53,998 bases of DNA from a virus (lineage: Duplodnaviria; Caudoviricetes), in the IMG/VR virus record IMGVR_UViG_3300020182_000047, positions 1-53,998 of that record, one strand, 5' to 3'. Shown one piece after another: positions 38,801 through 47,447 of this stretch (the stretch's first letter is position 1; every line of letters starts with the position of its first letter). Below the pieces are notes generated by a model that worked only from the letters and a program-made list of their open reading frames with translations, ran no database searches and had not been told where the DNA came from. A program made the position numbers and the translations under genes.

Positions 38801-41800
38801 GGAGAATTAATTTCAAATAAAAAAGCCGAAATTGAAGAGGTTGTAAAATCTTCGTCTAGAGAATTAGCTTCTGACAAAGTTCAAAAAATATACGACGAGC
38901 AAGGCATTGCAGGTATATATGAAATAATGGACGAGTATAAACCAATGGCCAAAAAAATTGCTGAAAAATACAGAGATAGGCCTGGTTTTACGACTTATAA
39001 AGAAGATTTAGTTACAGGCATATTAGACGACCCTACGTATGGGGTTATGGGATTAGCTTTAAAATACAACCCGCAAGAAAACGAAGGCGTGCCATTGGCT
39101 GCATATATAAATAAGTATTTAGCGGCAAGAAGTATAACAATCGCAAACCAGCTTTTAGGCAAAGACGAAGCAAGTACTTTTAAATCTGACGTTGCTGAAG
39201 TTAAAGATGTTACCGCTACAGAAACAGCAGAAGACGCAATATTAGCTTCAGAGGAAATTGCAAAAGAAAAGCCAAAAACAAAAAAGAAGTTAATATCTGA
39301 GCAAATAACTTTTAACAATGAGCTAGACGAGGCTATGAACAATGCCTTAAAAAAAGGTATTGCTCTAAATATTAAAAAGTTTGATATTGAAACTACTAAA
39401 AATAGAACAATAACTCCTTTTATAGCTGATCTTAAAAAGGACTTGTCCGATTTTTTAGAAAAAGATCTTGTTAAATTTATTAAATCAGAAGGGTTAGATA
39501 GCTTTTTAATTAGCAATAGAGAAACTTTACTTGATAATTTAACTACAACATTTTTATCTAAACATCCATTTTTTAGAAAAGGTATACTTAAAAGAGTCAA
39601 TAGAGAATGGGTTGCTCCTACTAAAATTAACACGTATAAATACGATTGGATTGACAGTAAGGGCGATAAACTTAAAATTGATAGAGACAATGCTGCAGGC
39701 CGCGGGATGACTTCTGGTCCTGAGTTTATTAAAAGAAATCCTAAAATAAAAGAAATTGTAAAAGAAAACGAATTTGTAGATTATCATTTTCAAGACGGAG
39801 CATTAAGAAATAAAGCAAAGCAAAATCCAGTAGCATCTATAGCAAGGCAAATAGCCGCTGAAAAAGGGTTTGAAATTCTTAAAGATGATTTATTAAATAA
39901 TGGTGATTTAACTAAAACTATTAAAGAAAGAGCTGATTTATATGGCATAATTATTTCAGAAGTAGAAGGCCAGCAAATTGCTAAAGATATTGATAGAGGT
40001 ATAGTTAAGTTTTCTAAAAAAGTTGAATTTGAAAGCAATAGCGCTAAATTTTCTAAAAAGTTTAACAACGCAAGAAAATTAGTTATAAAAGTTGGCATAG
40101 ATGGTCAAAAATATAATGACTATATAGCTTCACTACCTAAAGAGGAAGGGCGGCTTATTCATGACAGAATTAATGACATGCTAGGCGCAATACAAGAAAT
40201 GTCCGACATAGAAGCCTCAAATCAAGGAATAAAATTTGAAGAAGTTGTTAAAAAAATTATATCTAAAAACCCTGAATTAGAAGGTAAAATATCTATAATT
40301 TATAATCCTAATCAAGGAGGAAGTTCTAATCAAGGACAAGGTGACCTTACTTTAGATATTTTAGGCACCAAAATAAACTTTGAGCTAAAGCTTAATGAAA
40401 ATGCTTTAATGGGTTCTTTTACTGCAAAATTAAAAGAAAATGGCGAAATAGAATTTACAAAAGAATCACCTGTTAATAAAAAAATAGCTGAATATTTAAA
40501 TAAAAATAAAGAAGCTAGATATAATTATATTAAAAGAGCAAAGGAAATTTTAGGTTCAAACGCTAAAAATTACGATTTAAAAGTTTTTCCTCCAAAACTT
40601 CCTGAATATGTTTATTCTCAACTTAGGAACGAAGGTTTACAAAATAAAGTTGGATTTACTATTTCAAATTCTAAAACAGAAATTAATATACCTAATAATT
40701 TAATTTCTGAATTTTACTTAGACAAAGGTGTTGATTATATACAAGTAGGTAATATAGGATTATTCCATACCGGGAACAACCCCCTAAACTTACCAATCCC
40801 TGCATTTAATTTTAATACAAAAATAACGGCTAGAATGACTTCCTCTAGCTCACAAAAGAAAGGCCAAGAAAAATTGTATTCTGGACCAATCAGGATATTT
40901 ATGAAGTTAGACCAAAGTATACCTTTGTCAAATATGTCTCTTGTGTCTAATAGCTCTTTAAAGGCTATTATGGCAATGGCTGAAGAGCAGCTTAATAAAG
41001 ATGAGTCAATAAAGTCAAGCAAAAAAACAATTAGTTCAATGAATACGACTATCAATGAAATGATAGAGCGTAAAAAAGGTATTCTTGCTACTGAAACTAT
41101 TTCTGAAGCTACCGCAAAATTACAAGGAGCTAAGAAAGGTAAAGGTAAGATTTTTGTACCGCCTTCAGCGGATGATCTTGTTGGATTACTTTACAACTTT
41201 TTAGGCACTGGAAAGCAAGGAGATGCTGATATGGCATTTTTTGAAGAAAAGTTATTAAAACCTTTAGCAAGAGCGAACTTTGATTTAAATAAAGAAAGAC
41301 AGTTTGTAAAACAAGGATACCACAACTTAATAAAAGCTAACAAAGGTATTAATAAAAAGCTTAGAAAAGAAAGTGATTATAAATACTACACAAATGATGC
41401 CGCTGTAAGAGTGTTTATGTGGACAAGACTTGGATATGATATACCGGGAATAAACGCGGCAGATAAAAAAGCTTTAATAAATGCTGTTTTAAAAGATAAA
41501 GATTTATTAAAATTTGCAGAAGAACTTATATCTGTTCCAAACAAAAAAGAAAGTTGGCTACAACCTGAGGATGCTTGGACTGCTAGCACTATTGAAATGG
41601 ACTTGCAGGAAATACTGAGTAAAATTGGTAGAGCAAGAATATTTGAAGAATATATTACAAATGCAAATATTATATTTTCAAAAGATAATATAAATAAAAT
41701 TGAAGCAGCTTACGGGCCTAACTTAAGAAATGCTTTAGAGGATATGCTTTATCGCATTGAAAAAGGAAGAGCAAGAGAGATTGGTACTAACAAAATGGCC

Positions 41801-43096
41801 AATACTTATTTGAACTGGGTTAGGGGATCTGTTGCTACAACCATGTTCTTTAACATGCGTTCAGCTTTGCTGCAACAACTCTCTATTGTCAACTTTACAA
41901 ACTGGGAAGACAACAATATTTTTGCTCAAGGAAAGTTTATAGCTACGAAGCCTAAAGAATATGCTAGATACTGGGTTAAGATATTTAACTCTGACTGGAT
42001 GAAGGAGCGTAGACAAGGATTAAAAACAGATATAAACGAGTCTGAGCTTGTTGCTAGGTTAGAAGGCAGCAAAAATAAAAACAAAGCTTTATTAGCTTAT
42101 ATCTTAGAAAAAGGATTTTCACTTACTAAATATGGAGACAACATTGCAATAGCAACAGGTGGAGCGCCATTTTTATATAATAGAGAACAAAAGTATATTA
42201 AAGAGGGAATGACTGAAGCTAAAGCTAAAGAAGAAGCTTTTTTAGACTTTCAAGAATTAGCTGAAAGAACGCAACAGTCTTCAAGACAAGATTTATTATC
42301 TAATCAACAAGTAAGCGTTATTGGAAGAATATTCTTAGCATTCCAAAACACTACTATGCAAATGACCCGCTTGCAAAAGAAAGCTGTTTTAGATATAATA
42401 AACAAAAGGGGTAGTTTTAAAGCAAATGTATCAAGACTTGTTTATTATGGAGCAATTCAAAACAGTATATTTTCATTTTTACAAAGCGCATTATTTGCAG
42501 CATTTTTTACTGATGACGAAGAAGAAAAAGATGAACTAAAAATTGACAACAAAACATTTAGGGCTATTAATACTGTTTTAGATAGTGCCTTAAGAGGTTC
42601 TGGTATTGGTGGTGCGGCTTTGTCTACTCTTAAAAATGCAACAATTGCATGGATGCGTGAAAATGATAAAGGATTTACTGGGCAAAATGGGAAGGTTATT
42701 TTAGAACTGCTAAACATATCGCCAGCTGTTGGAATTAAAGCTCGTAAAATTTACGGGGCAATGGAAAATTACAAGTTCAACAAAAAAATACTTGATAAAA
42801 TAGGTTATGATAATCCAAACCACCCTTATTATGGTATAGCTGGTAACTTAGCTTCTGCAGCTTTTAATATTCCTTTAGATAGAATTGTTACTAAAGCATC
42901 AAATATTAAAGCAATGACGCAGCAAGACGCGGAGGCTTGGCAAAGAACAGCGTTGTTTATGGGTTATAACACTTGGGATTTAGGATTAAAAGATCCGGAA
43001 ATAGAAGCAGCGAAAAATAAATCAAAAAAATCATCCCCTAAAAGAGGGTTGAAAAAGAAAGGATTTGGGTCTGGATTAAAAAAGAAAAAACTTTAA
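35810..43096 (+). CDS. Giant multidomain (polyvalent) internal virion protein, 2428 aa
   Basis: Last gene of the ejection cluster; contains HEVLH, a sigma region-2-like segment, a D-x12-ELK nuclease-like segment and a helical C-terminal region. Confidence 0.65.
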   Translation: MYEYNGRPITLEQIQSAAQKSNLSVEEYIAKAGIVTKSEEPGKTTSQGQGAPVAGTAAPEVQAEGTDSTLEDGSLELEEISLEEKKSLPYSVRNRISSTNGDFSRGNVNSILKTLNLKKLDVKDFETKKINENYDKEYAIFKENQEDPARMTALREAKIDLLAPRIDKTILKSKLNQALVDVEITSDEMQETKRQEIYGMAIAADKYLSQDLPADIIKAYSKEINIKRDQLSNKYDLTTQEGFDKANNEYNAFIDNVVQAGWNSNQTAQERNALLLNTLGEVLSLKATNYTRKTELGLGPLDDNYTKGETMEEGLKKGARQIKGSVEKSIAAGILENINNLQDELNNLPINENEVVSFGGTEMPRQGIVSGGKSGTVKEAKKFYENKILELKKDALSKVVNVKEEEKIQQAFRQASLTDGNVTLDDILLLASEQALQLPLAALTYGVGTFAQEFGTSYFDNIDAYIENNKLNPALKEQLKKKEITQEEYDSALNALRTPENILEASEKGGGSFENALAVGIGNSALEYIGASTIAKGIFGKEAAKKGITSLVNDGFKKYIKSKTLQGSVENITKSGFVEFLTESFQTASSQLGKGASVDDPFKYINIEEIKESAVSGGVIGALFPFAAGGSKATFRESINTAKKIAANFNEEATSNYLDLAIKEIKQSNVLSAVEKEQQLEAVAEVRNANVKIPSFIKGDAKVEALNLIIEKKSLEKIISEADPNLVVEEKARVEEINKKIQDVAVKSKITELGEKDIAQAKKITEQLPELKTVVKDFNTTAELEEELKNQGKSEAEAKKLSDDFGFIVQKKDGTQEIYINKEISFDSGVATTAQHEVLHSVLKNLIPGNIALGQNLKDFVEEIAGDGFMGTEFSKRFESYELQYEDKINQLNSQLEKNEISEDEFSTKAKSALENMWEETMPLLSESLTRGDIDSKATIFEKLKDFFNRIFNTSNIKNVKFNTGEDVFNFIKDYNKIYKSGRGIKTLKNVVQGQVEGELISNKKAEIEEVVKSSSRELASDKVQKIYDEQGIAGIYEIMDEYKPMAKKIAEKYRDRPGFTTYKEDLVTGILDDPTYGVMGLALKYNPQENEGVPLAAYINKYLAARSITIANQLLGKDEASTFKSDVAEVKDVTATETAEDAILASEEIAKEKPKTKKKLISEQITFNNELDEAMNNALKKGIALNIKKFDIETTKNRTITPFIADLKKDLSDFLEKDLVKFIKSEGLDSFLISNRETLLDNLTTTFLSKHPFFRKGILKRVNREWVAPTKINTYKYDWIDSKGDKLKIDRDNAAGRGMTSGPEFIKRNPKIKEIVKENEFVDYHFQDGALRNKAKQNPVASIARQIAAEKGFEILKDDLLNNGDLTKTIKERADLYGIIISEVEGQQIAKDIDRGIVKFSKKVEFESNSAKFSKKFNNARKLVIKVGIDGQKYNDYIASLPKEEGRLIHDRINDMLGAIQEMSDIEASNQGIKFEEVVKKIISKNPELEGKISIIYNPNQGGSSNQGQGDLTLDILGTKINFELKLNENALMGSFTAKLKENGEIEFTKESPVNKKIAEYLNKNKEARYNYIKRAKEILGSNAKNYDLKVFPPKLPEYVYSQLRNEGLQNKVGFTISNSKTEINIPNNLISEFYLDKGVDYIQVGNIGLFHTGNNPLNLPIPAFNFNTKITARMTSSSSQKKGQEKLYSGPIRIFMKLDQSIPLSNMSLVSNSSLKAIMAMAEEQLNKDESIKSSKKTISSMNTTINEMIERKKGILATETISEATAKLQGAKKGKGKIFVPPSADDLVGLLYNFLGTGKQGDADMAFFEEKLLKPLARANFDLNKERQFVKQGYHNLIKANKGINKKLRKESDYKYYTNDAAVRVFMWTRLGYDIPGINAADKKALINAVLKDKDLLKFAEELISVPNKKESWLQPEDAWTASTIEMDLQEILSKIGRARIFEEYITNANIIFSKDNINKIEAAYGPNLRNALEDMLYRIEKGRAREIGTNKMANTYLNWVRGSVATTMFFNMRSALLQQLSIVNFTNWEDNNIFAQGKFIATKPKEYARYWVKIFNSDWMKERRQGLKTDINESELVARLEGSKNKNKALLAYILEKGFSLTKYGDNIAIATGGAPFLYNREQKYIKEGMTEAKAKEEAFLDFQELAERTQQSSRQDLLSNQQVSVIGRIFLAFQNTTMQMTRLQKKAVLDIINKRGSFKANVSRLVYYGAIQNSIFSFLQSALFAAFFTDDEEEKDELKIDNKTFRAINTVLDSALRGSGIGGAALSTLKNATIAWMRENDKGFTGQNGKVILELLNISPAVGIKARKIYGAMENYKFNKKILDKIGYDNPNHPYYGIAGNLASAAFNIPLDRIVTKASNIKAMTQQDAEAWQRTALFMGYNTWDLGLKDPEIEAAKNKSKKSSPKRGLKKKGFGSGLKKKKL
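35932..35986 (+). other. Candidate -1 programmed frameshift signal
   Basis: In-frame G GGA AAG, a 7-nt spacer, then a GC-rich stem-loop/pseudoknot. Confidence 0.5.
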
Positions 43097-43115
43097 TAAA
43101 TAAAAACAACTAACT

Positions 43116-43388
43116 ATGGAACCATTAATTATTATTTTAGGATTATCAATATTATTAAACATTGTATTAGGCTTTATGCACTTAGGCAAAATTAAAGATG
43201 CCGATAAAGACTTTATACCTGATGCTATTGAAGATAAAGCAGCTAAGGTAAAAGAACAAACCATGCATCGTTTAGGAAGAATTAAAGAAGAGTTAGCCGA
43301 TGTAGGTGCTGCTATTAAAGAAGTTGGGAATCAAATTGGCGATTTACCAGATGCAGCAAAAGGTAAAACAAGAAAAGGTAGAAAATAA
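43116..43388 (+). CDS. Small membrane-anchored protein
   Basis: N-terminal TM helix, DADKDFIPD loop, coiled coil and basic tail. Confidence 0.65.
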   Translation: MEPLIIILGLSILLNIVLGFMHLGKIKDADKDFIPDAIEDKAAKVKEQTMHRLGRIKEELADVGAAIKEVGNQIGDLPDAAKGKTRKGRK

Positions 43389-43504
43389 TGAAAAAGAAAA
43401 AAGTAAAAGCTTGCTGGTCAGGATATGAAGCAATAGGTTTTAAAATGAAAGGACAAAAACGTGTACCTAATTGTGTACCTGTTAAAAAGAAAGGAACAAA
43501 ATAA
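43388..43504 (+). CDS. Tiny basic CWxGY...VPNCVP peptide (38 aa; not in ORF track)
   Basis: TAATG-coupled; MKKKKVKACWSGYEAIGFKMKGQKRVPNCVPVKKKGTK. Confidence 0.65.
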   Translation: MKKKKVKACWSGYEAIGFKMKGQKRVPNCVPVKKKGTK

Positions 43505-43537
43505 AATGGGCACCATACCCAATCGTTCCTGTAACCG

Positions 43538-43570
43538 AAAAAGGGGAAGCTTCACGGCCTCCCCTTTTTT
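43538..43570. terminator. Bidirectional intrinsic terminator between convergent blocks
   Basis: AAAAAGGGGAAGC-ttcacg-GCCTCCCCTTTTTT. Confidence 0.85.
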
Positions 43571-43602
43571 AATATAACTAACTAAACTAACTAAGTATTA
43601 TA

Positions 43603-45375
43603 CTACCCGTCGCAGGATAAGCAATCTGGATCCATTGCTTTAGCAGCAACATCTCCTCGTAACACAGATTCTGTTCTTGTGTAGTACAATGTTTTTACTC
43701 CTTTCTTCCATGCTTCAAAGTGAACTTGATTAATCCACTTTGGTGTAGCAATACTTGGGAAGGCAAGATTTAAACTGACCGACTGGTCTATATATTGTTG
43801 GCGTATACCAGCTTGATTAACTAATTCCAACTGATTTATTTCTTTGAACGTTTTAAATACATCTTTAACAGCATCATATCCATTCATCATATCTTGCTCA
43901 GACACATCAGGTAAATATACTAATTTTTTATTAATATATCCCCAATCATCTAAACTATTTATATCTTGAATACTTCCTCCATCTTCAAGTATTTTGTTCC
44001 AGGTTTCCTCTGTATCAATTCCTACTTTCTTTAAAACTTTAATAAGTTCTTTATTCTTTCTAATAAACGTACCTTTTGCAGATTGCTCCGTAAAAACATT
44101 AGCAGCCCAAGGCTCAATACCTGGAGACACATTACCAGATAATTTACTATTTGATACAGTAGGTGCAATAGCCCTAAGGTGAGTATTCCTATATCCAGTA
44201 TCACGACACCAAAGAGGTTCTCCGTATACCTCGGCGAGTGCACGCGAAGCCCTTTCACTTTCGATTTTAATCTGGCTAAATATTCTCCTAGTCTCAAACT
44301 GAGCTTGAAGCCCTTCGAAAGGTATTCCATTTTGCTGGAGGTAAGTGTGCCACCCAAGGACTCCAAGACCAAGCGCTCTTCCTTTTTCCGCAGAACGAAC
44401 TGAGTTTTCAAATCCTTTAAGGCCTTTAGCCTTTTGAATAAACTCTTCAAGTACTCCATCAAGAAACCAAATTGCGTCATAAATAAGGTTAGTATCTTTC
44501 CACTCTTCATATTTTGTAAGATTTAATGAGGACAAGCAACATACAAAACTATGGTTCTCATCCGTGTGCAAAGCTATTTCACTACAGATATTAGTCATAT
44601 GCACTTTTAATCCGTTTTTCTTATACGCTTCGGGGTTGCTCTTGTTTGTATTTCCTTTAAACAAAATGTAAGGTTCTCCTGTAGCTTTTCGTTTTTGCAA
44701 GAGTCTGCTCCATTTTCTTCTAGCTGTTGAATCTCCTTCTTCAAGCTTTCGCATAAATTTATCACCAATAACCGCGCACTGGTGTAAATTAAGGGATTGT
44801 CTATTAACATCACCTTTTGGTTCTCTAATTTCAAGCCATTCTTCGAAATCATCGTGATCAATGTTAATATTAACACTAGCTGCTCCGCGTCTAACTGATC
44901 CCTGATTAGTTGCAAGAATTGTGGAGTCATATATTTTGCAAAAGGGTACGACCCCATCTGATGTGCCATTTCCTGTTATTTTAGCTCCAGCAGGACGAAT
45001 CATATTAATTCCGATACCAACTCCCCCGCCGTGTTTAGCCAATAACATCATCTCTAAATTTTTAGCACCAATTTCTTGTATGCTATCCCCAACATCAATA
45101 CCAAAGCATGATATAGGTAAACCTCTATCTGTGCCCGTGTTAGAGAGCACTGGAGAAGCTAAATTCAACCAGCCCTTCCATATGTACTGAAAGAACTTAT
45201 CTGCCAATTCTGGCTTATATAACCGCTTTGCAACAGTATTTGCTACTCGCATATAAGCGTCTTTTGGCGTTTCGCCAATCATTAAATATCCACCAGATAT
45301 TGTTTTTTTGTATACTTCTGTATTTCCCCACGTAGGGTAATCAACTCCTTTTACCCAATCATTATTCCACGTCAT
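43603..45375 (-). CDS. nrdA: Ribonucleotide reductase class I alpha subunit
   Basis: ISCF, GGGVG, TNICSE, IAPT, GVKTLYY and C-terminal CLSC motifs. Confidence 0.95.
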   Translation of the reverse strand: MTWNNDWVKGVDYPTWGNTEVYKKTISGGYLMIGETPKDAYMRVANTVAKRLYKPELADKFFQYIWKGWLNLASPVLSNTGTDRGLPISCFGIDVGDSIQEIGAKNLEMMLLAKHGGGVGIGINMIRPAGAKITGNGTSDGVVPFCKIYDSTILATNQGSVRRGAASVNINIDHDDFEEWLEIREPKGDVNRQSLNLHQCAVIGDKFMRKLEEGDSTARRKWSRLLQKRKATGEPYILFKGNTNKSNPEAYKKNGLKVHMTNICSEIALHTDENHSFVCCLSSLNLTKYEEWKDTNLIYDAIWFLDGVLEEFIQKAKGLKGFENSVRSAEKGRALGLGVLGWHTYLQQNGIPFEGLQAQFETRRIFSQIKIESERASRALAEVYGEPLWCRDTGYRNTHLRAIAPTVSNSKLSGNVSPGIEPWAANVFTEQSAKGTFIRKNKELIKVLKKVGIDTEETWNKILEDGGSIQDINSLDDWGYINKKLVYLPDVSEQDMMNGYDAVKDVFKTFKEINQLELVNQAGIRQQYIDQSVSLNLAFPSIATPKWINQVHFEAWKKGVKTLYYTRTESVLRGDVAAKAMDPDCLSCDG

Positions 45376-45592
45376 TTCCTAGATCTAATTTAGTTTCTGA
45401 TTCTTCTTTTATCTTTTCTTTTAACTGCTCTATAGCTTCTTCATAACCAGGCATTAATTTAATTGCCTCCAAAGTGCCTACAGATAGATCTTTTAAATAA
45501 GTGTTTTCACTTAATAATTGTTGTACTACATTTATTAATGCTTGTACTTTTTTTTCTAGCAGATCCTGTCTACTTTGTTTTTCACCTTTCAT
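45362..45592 (-). CDS. Hypothetical coiled-coil protein
   Basis: 76 aa ORF between nrdB and nrdA. Confidence 0.65.
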   Translation of the reverse strand: MKGEKQSRQDLLEKKVQALINVVQQLLSENTYLKDLSVGTLEAIKLMPGYEEAIEQLKEKIKEESETKLDLGNDVE

Positions 45593-45607
45593 ATTATTTA
45601 ATTTAAT

Positions 45608-46576
45608 TTACCATATATCTTCAAAATCTTCTCCTTCACCCGCTTTGCTATAATCTGTTGGACGAGTAGCAAAAAAATCAGTGTGAGTAACGCCACCTGT
45701 AAGGTGATAGAACCAGTCGAGGTTTTTTGATCCTTTTTCGTCAAATGCAAAGTAGGACCCAAGGTCGACGTATCCAAGTTCAACGAGCTTTTCGTTAAGT
45801 CTTTTTCTAATAAATTGCTTGAGATCGTAAGCTTTAATTCCTTCAACGTCTCCTGCTTCAAACATTTTGTCAATATAATTTTCTTCAGCGTTTAGCATTG
45901 ATTCCGCCGCAACTACAACATCTTCTCTGCAATTGTTTAATAATTCTTTATCTTCTTCACACATGTGTCTAAATAGCTGACAACCCATTCTGCTGTGTAA
46001 AGACTCATCCCTTACACTCCATTTCATTTGCTGGCCTATACCTTTAAGAAGATTTCTAAGTTGAAAACTATATAGTACAGCAAAAGCAGAGTAAAGAGAA
46101 ACGCCCTCAGCAAAAGCAGAAAATATGGCCAAAGACTTAGCAATACCACGAGTATCATTACCTTCATAAGAAACGAGCGCGTTAAATCTGTCCATTGTAG
46201 CTTCATCTTGTAAAAAAGCTTTAAAATCTTCCAGTCCAAGTGTTTCATTTAAATAAGAATAAGCAACAGCATGAATTGTTTCTTGCGAACCGAATATCAT
46301 TGCCATTTGTTGTATTTCATGTTTAGGGAACCATCCAACCACTTTTTGTGTCCAGTAATCTGACACAGCGCATTCTGTTTGCGCAAAACCTAATAGTATA
46401 TTACCTACTAAACTTTTTTCTTCTAACGTTAACCTTTCGTTCCAATCTTTAACATCACCTGACATACTAATCTCAGTATGCAACCAAAACGCTTGGGCTT
46501 GTTTTAGCCAGCCTTCAGTAAAGTATATTGGATATTCAAAAGGTTTGTATTCAATTCTTGGTGTAAATAATCCCAT
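45608..46576 (-). CDS. nrdB: Ribonucleotide reductase class I beta subunit
   Basis: FWLHTEI, ETIH..AY, EGVSLYSAF and RDESLH diiron motifs. Confidence 0.95.
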   Translation of the reverse strand: MGLFTPRIEYKPFEYPIYFTEGWLKQAQAFWLHTEISMSGDVKDWNERLTLEEKSLVGNILLGFAQTECAVSDYWTQKVVGWFPKHEIQQMAMIFGSQETIHAVAYSYLNETLGLEDFKAFLQDEATMDRFNALVSYEGNDTRGIAKSLAIFSAFAEGVSLYSAFAVLYSFQLRNLLKGIGQQMKWSVRDESLHSRMGCQLFRHMCEEDKELLNNCREDVVVAAESMLNAEENYIDKMFEAGDVEGIKAYDLKQFIRKRLNEKLVELGYVDLGSYFAFDEKGSKNLDWFYHLTGGVTHTDFFATRPTDYSKAGEGEDFEDIW

Positions 46577-46737
46577 TAGTCTTTTGTTATATTTTTAATT
46601 GTTTTTAATGTTGACTCCCACGAGTCTAGATATAAAAGGAGGTCTTTTTTAGTAACCCCCTTATTTTTTATTGCTTTCATTTCTTCAAGCATATCGTCTA
46701 CCCACCATTCAATAGCGGATGATTTATCGTTATTCAT
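46576..46737 (-). CDS. Hypothetical protein (53 aa; not in ORF track)
   Basis: MNNDKSSAIEWWVDDMLEEMKAIKNKGVTKKDLLLYLDSWESTLKTIKNITKD; stop overlaps the nrdB start. Confidence 0.55.
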   Translation of the reverse strand: MNNDKSSAIEWWVDDMLEEMKAIKNKGVTKKDLLLYLDSWESTLKTIKNITKD

Positions 46738-46870
46738 CTTTAAAGATCTCTATACATATATCTATGAATGGTAAATATAAAACATGCAGCGATGATTCAG
46801 GTTGCGGATATGTTCTAATTCCTAACAATACGCCAGGATATAATCCAATAGTTAATTCCCAATTTCCCAT
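46730..46870 (-). CDS. Hypothetical protein (46 aa; not in ORF track)
   Basis: MGNWELTIGLYPGVLLGIRTYPQPESSLHVLYLPFIDICIEIFKDE; coupled to its neighbours. Confidence 0.55.
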   Translation of the reverse strand: MGNWELTIGLYPGVLLGIRTYPQPESSLHVLYLPFIDICIEIFKDE

Positions 46871-47040
46871 TATTCTACTTTTATTTTATATTTATCTTGC
46901 ATTTCAACAAGCTCCCTCCATTTAATTTTACCTTTTATTTCCCAACTCCATTTAACCCATTTGTCAATCTGGCGCTGAGAATATTTTTGCCTAGCTAGCT
47001 TCTTCGCTTTTCCAGGATCAATTGCACCGTTCTGTCGCAT
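46870..47040 (-). CDS. Hypothetical basic protein (56 aa; not in ORF track)
   Basis: MRQNGAIDPGKAKKLARQKYSQRQIDKWVKWSWEIKGKIKWRELVEMQDKYKIKVE; TAATG coupling to the next gene. Confidence 0.5.
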   Translation of the reverse strand: MRQNGAIDPGKAKKLARQKYSQRQIDKWVKWSWEIKGKIKWRELVEMQDKYKIKVE

Positions 47041-47447
47041 TCAGTTTGATTTTGTGGTTTATATAAAGTAATGTTAGGAAATTGTTCTGATACTAATTTT
47101 TTAAACAGCTTCCATCGCATTGGAAATGATTCGTTTGCTCTACCTTTTGTTTCTATTATAAAATCGTCACCTATAAAGTCAGGAGTATATTTAATTGGCA
47201 ATATTCTTTTGCTTCCTCTATTCACATAATCTCCTTTGCTATTTGATTGTCTTTCATAAACTTCGTTTTCAAAATGAAAACCATTTAACAATACAAATGT
47301 TTCTCCTTCATATTTAGATCGTATTTTAGCTTTTTTTAAAGCCATATACATATACTTTTCAAGACCTGATGCAAAATCAATACCATCAAATGATACTTTC
47401 TTTGCTCTTACTGGTCCTCTTTTTTTACTTCTTCTTTTTATTGCCAT
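46995..47447 (-). CDS. PD-(D/E)xK endonuclease (T7 endonuclease I-like resolvase)
   Basis: F.SGLE...YTPDF....IIETKG. Confidence 0.75.
   Translation of the reverse strand: MAIKRRSKKRGPVRAKKVSFDGIDFASGLEKYMYMALKKAKIRSKYEGETFVLLNGFHFENEVYERQSNSKGDYVNRGSKRILPIKYTPDFIGDDFIIETKGRANESFPMRWKLFKKLVSEQFPNITLYKPQNQTECDRTVQLILEKRRS

Noticed and set aside
38995-39690. 231-aa antisense ORF and similar antisense ORFs across large genes
   Set aside because: Ser/Leu/Phe-rich mirror of Lys/Glu-rich sense codons, with no independent signal.
35810-43096. Giant protein as a crAss-type virion RNA polymerase
   Set aside because: I could not find a DxDxD/DFDID-like catalytic motif; the recognisable segments are peptidase-, sigma- and nuclease-like.
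44031-45873. Same-strand +1-frame ORFs inside nrdA (159 and 120 aa) and nrdB (91 aa)
   Set aside because: They are Leu/Lys-rich as expected for shadow frames and show no recognisable motif or clear leader. Local GC elevation means overprinting is not fully excluded.
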